A stretch of DNA of 64,000 nt from Prolixibacteraceae bacterium (GTDB lineage: Bacteria > Bacteroidota > Bacteroidia > Bacteroidales > Prolixibacteraceae). Shown one piece after another: positions 1-9,268 of the stretch. The stretch's first letter is position 1. Each line of letters begins with the position of its first letter. Made by a program: the position numbers and the translations under genes. Where the stretch lies: positions 1,083-65,082 of the forward strand of contig JAFGEV010000343.1 of the NCBI GenBank assembly GCA_016931385.1, read 5' to 3'. The notes below the pieces were generated by a model that made no database searches, was not told where the DNA came from, and was given only the letters and a program-made list of their open reading frames with translations.

Positions 1-1203
1 TATAGGCACACCAACAACAGCCTTTTTATGTTTAAATACCGAAGGCTCTTCCTGTGTGCACAATGTCCCGGTCATTCCGCCCAGGTCAATAATCAACGTT
101 TCAAGGAATTTCAAATATTTCTGGTAAGGCATTTTTTCAACTCCCGATACAAGTTTCGACTTGTGATATACTCCTACTTTCTCAACTGGCTTTAGAAATA
201 AGGCCGCATTATATGCACAAAAAATGAATGTGCTGTCGTTGCGAAACCTAACACCTTCGGGGAATATGTCTCCAGGTTTAAACTCGCGATATGCCGATGC
301 TCCGGAAATAAAAGCTGCCCCTGGATAATAGAAACGCAAATGCCGCTTTAACATCCAGACCTGGCGGTTTCTTTCAGGTTTGTTCTCCCATACCTCATGT
401 AAAGCTGTTTCGGGCCCAACAAAAAAATCGGTCGTTTCGGTTCCTAACGAATCCGAGACTTCTATTAAACGTCTCAATTGTTCTTCGTAACTCATACCCG
501 AAAACTTGTCGGAATATGGATCGATATTGGGTTGAGCAATTACGACCTCAACCGGATCAAGACTTTCTTTGTATGTGAAATAACGTATCAATGAATAAAA
601 TATCGGTATTACTACTACCAGAAAAGGGAATACAAAAATTTTCATATTTAACTTCGTTGAAGACGATAAATATTTTTTAAGGATAGACCAAAGCATCAGG
701 TTCAAAAGCAATACCCAAAGTGTGCCACCAAACACGCCGGTATATTCATACCATTGAATCAATTGAATGTCGTTTGCAAAGCCGTTACCCAGAGTTAGCC
801 AGGGCCATGATATATCCCAGTTGTAATGCAGGTATTCAAACCCAATCCACAGAAAGACAAAAAAAACATTTCCAAATGAAATTCCCTTATAACGTTTTAC
901 AACATGAGATAGCCACCATACAACCGACATCAGAAAAGAATTGGCCAGGTATGCAAATATTGCCCCGGGAACCGTGGCATAAGTTATCCACCAGGTTGTA
1001 GCAACATTCCACACTAAAAAACATGGCAGCATGTACAACCAAAAAACCAAGGCATTGTAATTGTGCCTGTTTTTTAGAAAATAATCTTCAATATAAAACA
1101 ACGGAATAAAAGCAACAAACAGAACCATCCCTGTAAAACCATACCAGGGAATAGAAAGTAAAATACCCGAAATGACTGAGCCTAAAAGCAGTTTAAATTT
1201 CAT
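1..1203 (-). CDS. lnt: apolipoprotein N-acyltransferase (Lnt family); C-terminus runs off the window
   Basis: Absent from the ORF track because no stop lies in the window. I reverse-complemented 1203..1 by hand: ATG at 1203..1201, 401 codons open to base 1. Translation: MKFKLLLGSVISGILLSIPWYGFTGMVLFVAFIPLFYIED...WPWLTLGNGF...VVIAQPNIDPYSDKF...FFVGPETAL...VYHKSKLVSGVEKMPY. This is a multi-TM N-domain followed by the E and K motifs of the Lnt carbon-nitrogen hydrolase domain. Confidence 0.8.
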   Translation of the reverse strand, partial: MKFKLLLGSVISGILLSIPWYGFTGMVLFVAFIPLFYIEDYFLKNRHNYNALVFWLYMLPCFLVWNVATTWWITYATVPGAIFAYLANSFLMSVVWWLSHVVKRYKGISFGNVFFVFLWIGFEYLHYNWDISWPWLTLGNGFANDIQLIQWYEYTGVFGGTLWVLLLNLMLWSILKKYLSSSTKLNMKIFVFPFLVVVIPIFYSLIRYFTYKESLDPVEVVIAQPNIDPYSDKFSGMSYEEQLRRLIEVSDSLGTETTDFFVGPETALHEVWENKPERNRQVWMLKRHLRFYYPGAAFISGASAYREFKPGDIFPEGVRFRNDSTFIFCAYNAALFLKPVEKVGVYHKSKLVSGVEKMPYQKYLKFLETLIIDLGGMTGTLCTQEEPSVFKHKKAVVGVPI

Positions 1204-1251
1204 GAATGCAAATTTAAGCTGATTTATCGAGATAAGTTACAGTGTAACCAT

Positions 1252-2160
1252 TCAGAAGCTGTGATTTCGTGAAAAATCGAAAAACAGCTTTTGCTTTCTT
1301 TCAAAAAATATTTCCAATTGTCCTAACTGCAATGCTGCCCAACCAGCCTGATTTATCAAAACCGGCATATTCTCTTTGTTGAATTCTTTAACCGGTTCGT
1401 TGAGAAATGTATGCGTATGGCCGCCAAGGATTAAATTGGTATACCTTGTATTTTGCGCAATTTGAATGTCGCTAACCTTGTTGTTGGAATAAGAATACCC
1501 CAGATGAGAAAGGCATAAAATGAAATCACATTTTTCTTTTTTACGCAAATATTCTTCCTGTTCAAGGGCAATCTCAACAGGATCGAAAAAAGCCGTTCGT
1601 CCGTATTTTGAAGGATCAACAAGCCCCTCAAGTTCAACACCAAGTCCATATACCCCTATTCGTATATTGTTGCGTTCAATAACTTTATTCCGTATTATTT
1701 TGTCAGCCAAAACAGTATGTGAGAAATCGTAGTTAGATGAAATCAAAGGAAATGATGCGTATTGCAGTTCATCGGCCAGTCTGACTAAACCATTGTCGAA
1801 TTCATGATTGCCAATGGTTGCAGCATCGTACTGCATCTCCGACATTAGCTTCAAGATAACTTCATTCCCAAAAAAGTTGAAATAAGGTGTACCTTGAGAA
1901 AAATCACCGCTATCGAACAACAATAAACCAGGGTTTTTTTCCCGCATTTCTTTCACATATGCAGCAATGCGGTACAATCCACCTTTACCACCATTACGTG
2001 GATGGCTTTGGGGCTGGGCTTCCAAATGGCAATGAATGTCGTTTGTATGAAGGATCAACAGTTTGTCCTGATCATTATTTGCAAAAGCTACCAATGGATT
2101 AATGGCAACAACAGCACTTCCCGAAAAAATTACCTTCAAAAAGCCTCTTCTATTCCACAT
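1252..2160 (-). CDS. metallophosphoesterase, 5'-nucleotidase N-terminal catalytic domain, Tat-type signal
   Basis: ORF 1252..2187; probable start at the internal Met (MWNRRGFLKVIFSGSAVVAINPLVAFA, twin-Arg signal). Motifs LLILHTNDIHCHL, DSGDFSQGTPYF, IGNHEFD and GGHTHT are calcineurin-like phosphoesterase signatures of UshA-type nucleotidases. Confidence 0.85.
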   Translation of the reverse strand: MWNRRGFLKVIFSGSAVVAINPLVAFANNDQDKLLILHTNDIHCHLEAQPQSHPRNGGKGGLYRIAAYVKEMREKNPGLLLFDSGDFSQGTPYFNFFGNEVILKLMSEMQYDAATIGNHEFDNGLVRLADELQYASFPLISSNYDFSHTVLADKIIRNKVIERNNIRIGVYGLGVELEGLVDPSKYGRTAFFDPVEIALEQEEYLRKKEKCDFILCLSHLGYSYSNNKVSDIQIAQNTRYTNLILGGHTHTFLNEPVKEFNKENMPVLINQAGWAALQLGQLEIFFERKQKLFFDFSRNHSF

Positions 2161-2908
2161 AGAATAACCTCCCGTCGCTTTTAGCATTTATGTGCATACC
2201 TTGCTGCTTCATTTTTTTCAATTCTTCAATATAAAGGTTCCTCAGTTTTATTCCTGAATCGTACCGATCGAGAGATTCGGTAAGTACCTTCATGCCATCG
2301 CCGCCGTTTGCAAGGTAATCGTTTGTAACCAACCAGTATGTTCCTTCAGCATCAAGCTTCTTTCCTTTAATATTAATATTTGCAGCTTTTTCTGAATTAA
2401 TTCCAAAAGATATACCGCTGACCCCTTCCCCTCCCCTTGATGCGATATGATTGGCAAGTTCAATAACCTGAACGCCTGATAGCCTAAGGAATACCAATTC
2501 GTTTTCAAAAGGGATCAACTGGTACATATTTTCTACATTTACTTCACCTTGAGGAATAAAAGAACGAATTCCACCATGGTTCATCAACGAAAAACAAGGG
2601 GTTTTGTTCAACCCGTTTTTTTCTGAGAAAGATTCCCCATAATCAAGCATCAAGTCGCTTAAAAAATTACTTAAAGGGCTTTCTGGCCGGTAATTTACCA
2701 AAGTGGAGTCGGAAAATGAGATAATTTCTGATAATTCATCACCCAACCGTTCTCTGTATGGTTCAATAATTCTACTAAATCCTGTATCAGTTATCGAATC
2801 CGTTAAATGGTCAATAGAATGGTTAACAGCAGTGTACGAATTTGTTTCGTAAACTGTAACACACGATACAAGCAAGCCGAGTAAAGGTATTAACAATAAC
2901 TTGTTCAT
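2150..2908 (-). CDS. 5'-nucleotidase C-terminal (substrate-binding) domain lipoprotein
   Basis: Lipoprotein signal MNKLLLIPLLGLLVSC. Body (LMNHGGIRSFIPQGEV...YQLIPFENELV...TNDYLANGGDG) matches the C-terminal domain of UshA-type 5'-nucleotidases. Overlaps the downstream phosphoesterase gene by about 11 nt. Confidence 0.8.
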   Translation of the reverse strand: MNKLLLIPLLGLLVSCVTVYETNSYTAVNHSIDHLTDSITDTGFSRIIEPYRERLGDELSEIISFSDSTLVNYRPESPLSNFLSDLMLDYGESFSEKNGLNKTPCFSLMNHGGIRSFIPQGEVNVENMYQLIPFENELVFLRLSGVQVIELANHIASRGGEGVSGISFGINSEKAANINIKGKKLDAEGTYWLVTNDYLANGGDGMKVLTESLDRYDSGIKLRNLYIEELKKMKQQGMHINAKSDGRLFYVE

Positions 2909-3054
2909 TACTTAAATGCCAGATTTGCCTTCATTTAGAAGAAATTCACTTATTTTGGCTTAATTTAGAAATAAACCAATACGTTTAATCAGGTTTTATC
3001 TAATAATTTTTTGCTTTTTTCAAAGAGTGGAAATCCTCTGAAAACTGCAACTGG

Positions 3055-4155
3055 ATGAGTGTAAATTTACGGGTTTTATTCTTTATGGCAAGACATCGAA
3101 ATAGTAAATTAGGATTAATTTTTTCTTTATCGCTAGTGTTCTTTTTTATAGCCACTTTATCACCTGTGAAATTTTCATATGCCCAGGGCGAATATCAAAC
3201 AACTGTTGCAGAAAAGGGTGATGGAATTTACAATCTGTTACGAAAAAACAACTTACCCCTGCACCTGATCGATGAATTTTTAGAGCTGAATAAAAACCAA
3301 CTTGGTGCTTCCAATGAACTGATAGTCGGTAAAAAATACCTCTTACCTGTTATGGTCGAAGTTGAATCCTCTGTAAGTACAATTATCAGAAATGAGAATG
3401 AAATCAGTGATGTACCAACTGCAACATATTCAATTTTCGGGGAAAATTATCAAAAAGTACCCCTTGAAAGCAGCGAGTTGGCAGGCGGGGTTTATTATCT
3501 GGTAAGCGGCCATGGCGGCCCCGATCCGGGTGCTATTGCCAAATACAACGGTAAAACACTTTGCGAAGACGAATATGCATACGACATTACCCTAAGGCTT
3601 GCAAGGAACCTTATCTCGAAGGGCGCACTGGTTTACATGATTACACGCGACAGCAATGATGGAATCAGGGATGGCTGGTACCTTGCCCCCGACAAAGATG
3701 AGAAATGTTACCCTAACCTTACAATACCAATAAACCAAAACAGCAGGCTAAAACAACGTAAAGATGCAGTTAATAAATTGTACAAAAAACATAAAGGCCG
3801 TTACCAACGACTGATCGTTATCCATGTCGATTCAAGGAGCAAAGGTGAAAAGATCGACGTGTTTTTCTATTACGACCAACGCAGCTCTAACGGAAAGAAA
3901 CTTTGTATAAACCTAAGGGAAACATTCGATGAAAAGTACAATACCCATCAACCCGGCAGGGGTTATAACGGCACAGTAAGCCAACGGAATTTGTTCATGC
4001 TGAAATATTCCTGGCCTGTAGCAACTTTTATCGAACTGGGGAACATTAACCATCAACGCGACCTGAAAAGGTTCATCATTGATGACAACAGGCAGGCACT
4101 TGCCAACTGGCTTACCGAAGGTCTTGTAAAAGATTTCGGAAACAATAAACAATAA
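3055..4155 (+). CDS. N-acetylmuramoyl-L-alanine amidase (Amidase_3 type) with N-terminal LysM-like segment
   Basis: Signal/TM, then a LysM-like stretch (YQTTVAEKGDGIYNLLRKNNL). Then YYLVSGHGGPDPGAI...CEDEYAYDITLRLARNL...VYMITRD, typical of the AmiC-type amidase fold. Confidence 0.75.
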   Translation: MSVNLRVLFFMARHRNSKLGLIFSLSLVFFFIATLSPVKFSYAQGEYQTTVAEKGDGIYNLLRKNNLPLHLIDEFLELNKNQLGASNELIVGKKYLLPVMVEVESSVSTIIRNENEISDVPTATYSIFGENYQKVPLESSELAGGVYYLVSGHGGPDPGAIAKYNGKTLCEDEYAYDITLRLARNLISKGALVYMITRDSNDGIRDGWYLAPDKDEKCYPNLTIPINQNSRLKQRKDAVNKLYKKHKGRYQRLIVIHVDSRSKGEKIDVFFYYDQRSSNGKKLCINLRETFDEKYNTHQPGRGYNGTVSQRNLFMLKYSWPVATFIELGNINHQRDLKRFIIDDNRQALANWLTEGLVKDFGNNKQ

Positions 4156-4161
4156 CTTTTC

Positions 4162-4569
4162 ATGGAAATACCCGATCGGCTTATACTATTCGATGGCGTT
4201 TGTAACCTTTGCAGTTCGTCGGTAAAGTTCATACTGAAGTACGACAAAAAAAAAGTTTTCAGGTATGCACCTTTACAATGGGCCGTTTCGGCAAAAATTC
4301 TCAAATCCTATAAGCATATCATTCCTTTCGACACATTGATATTCATTGACAAAGGCACGTTATACCATCAATCGACAGCTGCTTTGAAAATTGTAAAGCA
4401 TTTACGATTTTTTTGGGTTTTATACTATTTAACATACATCCCCAAATGGATAAGGGACCCGGTTTACAGGCTTATTGCCCGCAACAGGTACCGCATTTTT
4501 GGAAATAAGAAACATTGTTATATCCCTACAGAAAAGGAAAAAGAGCTATTCGTATCGATTTTTGATTAG
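4162..4569 (+). CDS. thiol-disulfide oxidoreductase, DCC family (DUF393)
   Basis: N-terminal LILFDGVCNLCSSSVKFILKYDKKKVFRYAPLQ carries the D-C-x2-C signature of this family. Confidence 0.8.
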   Translation: MEIPDRLILFDGVCNLCSSSVKFILKYDKKKVFRYAPLQWAVSAKILKSYKHIIPFDTLIFIDKGTLYHQSTAALKIVKHLRFFWVLYYLTYIPKWIRDPVYRLIARNRYRIFGNKKHCYIPTEKEKELFVSIFD

Positions 4570-4573
4570 AATA

Positions 4574-4609
4574 GAGGTTGAGGTTTTTGGATTTTGGAAT
4601 TTGGAATTT
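4574..4609. repeat. short tandem repeats between convergent stops (GAGGTT x2, TTGGAAT x2)
   Basis: gaggttgaggtttttggattttggaatttggaattt fills the gap between stop 4569 (+) and stop 4608 (-). Confidence 0.85.
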
Positions 4610-5402
4610 ACCCCTCAATATCTTCCGGGTGTTTAATCATGTACTTAATAAACCGTAAAAGCCTGCCTCCATGTGAGGCATCAACCAAACGGTGGTCAAG
4701 TACAACGGCCAATGACATCATACGGCGTACAACAACTTCATCGGCAATAACAACAGGCTTCTTTTTTACCCCTCCCAAAACAAACACGAAAGATATATTT
4801 GAAGCCGGCATTAGTGCAGGGTAGCCTGTATCAAGCCCAAGGCTGCCAATATTGGTAAGCAAAAATGAGCCGAAACTGTTAGAATTAAGCCCCAGGAAGG
4901 GAACGGAAATTCCCCAGTCGATCGTAAGCATTTTGTAAAGCCAAAACACCCAATTTCTGAAAGGCCATGGAATACGTGAAATCATGTTCTTTGCCCCGGT
5001 CGAATCATTTTCATTCCCAGCTCTCGATTTGATGATTTCCTTTGACATTTGCATAGCAAGTTGCTCAAAATTCAGGCGATCTGCATCCTTAACCAAAATT
5101 GCGCTCATTCCTCCATCGGCCTGCAAAACACTTACCATTGCATCGATGCTTTCACGATGAATGAGACTGCCCCTTTTCACATAGCAATTTAATTCGGGGA
5201 CATCTGTTTTTAGTGCACGAGCCAAAATCAGCACAAAAGCGTGTGTGAGTGTTATTTTAATCCCACTTTTCCTTTTAGCAGAAACAAATTCCTCAAGTGC
5301 TGTTATATCAACTTCAACAGCGCCAAAAACTTTTGAATCGACTGGTTTCTTGTAAATGGTTGCAGCAACCTTTCGCCAGGTTGGATTAAACTCGTCGCCC
5401 AT
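4608..5402 (-). CDS. 2-oxoacid dehydrogenase acyltransferase (E2) catalytic-domain-only protein
   Basis: 264 aa with no lipoyl or E3-binding domains. C-terminal LDHRLVDASHGGRLLRF is a variant of the DHRxxDG active-site motif of the CAT-like E2 fold. Confidence 0.7.
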   Translation of the reverse strand: MGDEFNPTWRKVAATIYKKPVDSKVFGAVEVDITALEEFVSAKRKSGIKITLTHAFVLILARALKTDVPELNCYVKRGSLIHRESIDAMVSVLQADGGMSAILVKDADRLNFEQLAMQMSKEIIKSRAGNENDSTGAKNMISRIPWPFRNWVFWLYKMLTIDWGISVPFLGLNSNSFGSFLLTNIGSLGLDTGYPALMPASNISFVFVLGGVKKKPVVIADEVVVRRMMSLAVVLDHRLVDASHGGRLLRFIKYMIKHPEDIEG

Positions 5403-5520
5403 AACTGTAATTCCTTTTGTGAAATAAGGCTATAACATGCAAAACATTTTTACAGGGGCATCCTTAAAAGGTCAAAGGAGACAGCACACCTATACAGCCC
5501 CTATAAATAAACATCATATT

Positions 5521-7464
5521 TTATTTTTTCTTCTTTTTTGCAGCTTCCTGCTGTTTTGCAAGTTCTTCGAGCCTTTTCTGAAAGCCAGATTTTTGCTTTG
5601 CAGGTTTCTTCTTATTCGATAATAATTGAGCCCTTACTTTTTCTTCATTTATTGTACTCCGTATGATGTATGTTTGCCCAAGAGTAAAAATATTTGAAAG
5701 CAAATAATAGTAACTTAAACCTGAAGAATAAGAATTCAGAATAAACATAAAGAAAACAGGCATAAAATACATCATATATTTCATACCGGGCATCGAACTG
5801 GTATCCTGTGTTTGTCCAAGCAATTTCTGCTGAATAATTGTTGTAATGGTCATAAGCAGAGTAAAAAGGCTTATGTGGTTTCCATAAATGCTGCTTAAAA
5901 TTGGGATATTGGCTTTCCAGGAAATAATTGAATCATAGGTCGAGAGGTCAGTTGCCCAAAGGAAACTTTCCTGACGAAGCTCAATCGATCCGGGGAAAAA
6001 ATAAAACATGGCAATAAGAATTGGCATTTGGAACAACATGGGCAGGCAACCTCCCAGCGGGCTTACACCCACCTTTTTATATAGCGCCATTGTTGCCTGT
6101 TGCCTTTCCATAGCCTTTTCTTTAGGAAACTTTTTATTTATTTCATCAATTTCAGGCTTCAGTGCTTTCATTTTAGCCTGCGAAACGTATGAACGATATG
6201 TGAATGGTGTTACAATTATCCTGATAAGAATTGTAAGTATCAAAATAATAATTCCAAAGTTATCAATACGGCTTCGAAGGAAATTGAAAACAGGAATGAT
6301 TAAATATCGGTTTACTTCCCTTACTACCGGCCACCCCAGGCTTATGATCTTTTCCATGTCGTTGCCCACCATTTTCAAAGTATTGTAATGGTTAGGCCCG
6401 AAATAAAACGACATCCCGTATTCGTTGCTGGACTGGTTGTCGAAGGGCAATCCAATTTCTGATTTAAAGAACGCTACGTCCGGGTCATCCATTTCCATTT
6501 TTTCGCTCGAAACCGAAGCATTTGGAAATGCATCATCGGCAATTAAAACCGAAGAAAAGAAGAGCTGTTTAAAACCTATCCATTTTATTGGGGTTTTCAG
6601 TTCATCGCTGTCAGATTTATTGAGGTTCAGATGATCAACTTCGTCGCCTTTAAATTTATAATAAATCGAAGTGTAACGATCTTCGCCGTATTTTGAGGCA
6701 CGTTCCTGTCTGGGTACTTTAAAATCGAAGTTAAAGTTAAGATATCCGGTATTTGTATTGATCAGTTTCTCCATGCCTTTGGTACGTATATCATAACCAA
6801 TAACATATGAATTGTGAGAAATAGAATAAACATAATCGATATAATTGCCTCCTTCTGTTTCAAGGCGCATAACCAACTCACGGGATTCACCAGGTTCTTC
6901 CTTGTTGAACCGCACATTTCCTTCCTTTCCCTTAGGAATTTCGGGCCCGTTAACCATTATTTTACTATCTGAAACCGATGGTTTAAAATAAAATTCTTCG
7001 GTTTGGATATTTCGGTTTTGTGCAAAAAAACTTAGGTTGTGTGTTGCTTCGCCGGCTTCTATAAGAAAAAGGTCAGTAGAGTCGTAACGTTTATAGTTTT
7101 TAAGTTCTACAGAATGAATTTTTCCTCCTTTTGTTGAAAGCACAACCCGCATCAGATTATTTTCGAGTGTCAGGAATTCCTCTTCACCTTCAGCTGCCAT
7201 GTAAAAATCTCCATAAAGGTTTTTCAGCCCTTCGGTTTTTGTAGCAGTATCTTCTTCGTTTAAGGCAACTGGCATATTGCTTTCGCCAACGTCTAACCTT
7301 TGCTGCTGTTCCATTTCCAGTTGAGCCTGGCGATTTACCAACTCTATGGAATCTTTTTTACGTTTAGCTTCTTCAATTTGCTCTTTCGAAGGCTTATTCA
7401 GCACACTGAATAGTATCAAAACAGCGACAATTAAAACAAGCCCTATTGTTGTATTTTTATCCAT
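5521..7464 (-). CDS. yidC: membrane protein insertase YidC (long Bacteroidota form)
   Basis: 647 aa: N-terminal TM, large periplasmic domain, conserved C-terminal core (GIIILILTILIRIIVTPFT...KMKALKPEIDEINKKF...GGCLPMLFQMPILIAMFYFF) and a Lys-rich tail. Confidence 0.95.
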   Translation of the reverse strand: MDKNTTIGLVLIVAVLILFSVLNKPSKEQIEEAKRKKDSIELVNRQAQLEMEQQQRLDVGESNMPVALNEEDTATKTEGLKNLYGDFYMAAEGEEEFLTLENNLMRVVLSTKGGKIHSVELKNYKRYDSTDLFLIEAGEATHNLSFFAQNRNIQTEEFYFKPSVSDSKIMVNGPEIPKGKEGNVRFNKEEPGESRELVMRLETEGGNYIDYVYSISHNSYVIGYDIRTKGMEKLINTNTGYLNFNFDFKVPRQERASKYGEDRYTSIYYKFKGDEVDHLNLNKSDSDELKTPIKWIGFKQLFFSSVLIADDAFPNASVSSEKMEMDDPDVAFFKSEIGLPFDNQSSNEYGMSFYFGPNHYNTLKMVGNDMEKIISLGWPVVREVNRYLIIPVFNFLRSRIDNFGIIILILTILIRIIVTPFTYRSYVSQAKMKALKPEIDEINKKFPKEKAMERQQATMALYKKVGVSPLGGCLPMLFQMPILIAMFYFFPGSIELRQESFLWATDLSTYDSIISWKANIPILSSIYGNHISLFTLLMTITTIIQQKLLGQTQDTSSMPGMKYMMYFMPVFFMFILNSYSSGLSYYYLLSNIFTLGQTYIIRSTINEEKVRAQLLSNKKKPAKQKSGFQKRLEELAKQQEAAKKKKK

Positions 7465-7540
7465 TCTTTACAGCTATTTCTAAATTTATTAATTTGTGTT
7501 CAACTTAATTGGTATGGTTTTCAGAAAAAAGATTACAAAA

Positions 7541-9160
<1,620 letters not shown>

Positions 9161-9175
9161 TTAAAAAACAAAAAT

Positions 9176-9183
9176 CAAAGATA
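9176..9183 (-). promoter_or_regulatory. candidate Bacteroidota -7 promoter box for pyrG
   Basis: Plus strand reads CAAAGATA, which is TATCTTTG (TAnnTTTG) on the minus strand, 34-41 nt upstream of the pyrG ATG. Confidence 0.4.
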
Positions 9184-9229
9184 GTTATAAAAAAATGTTT
9201 TGTGAAAAATGCACAAACATCGTATTAAT

Positions 9230-9263
9230 AAAAAATGCCTGCTTAACATACAGGCAAATTTTT
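9230..9263 (-). terminator. intrinsic terminator after the DUF349 gene (potentially bidirectional)
   Basis: Stem TGCCTG (9236..9241) / CAGGCA (9251..9256), flanked by an A-run on one side and a T-run on the other. Confidence 0.6.
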
Positions 9264-9268
9264 ATTAT

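Noticed and set aside
720-1001. 93-aa plus-strand ORF
   Set aside because: It lies entirely antisense to the well-supported lnt reading frame (1..1203, minus strand) and has no recognisable motifs.
4594-4824. 76-aa plus-strand ORF
   Set aside because: It starts in the TTGGAAT repeat and runs antisense to the E2-like gene.
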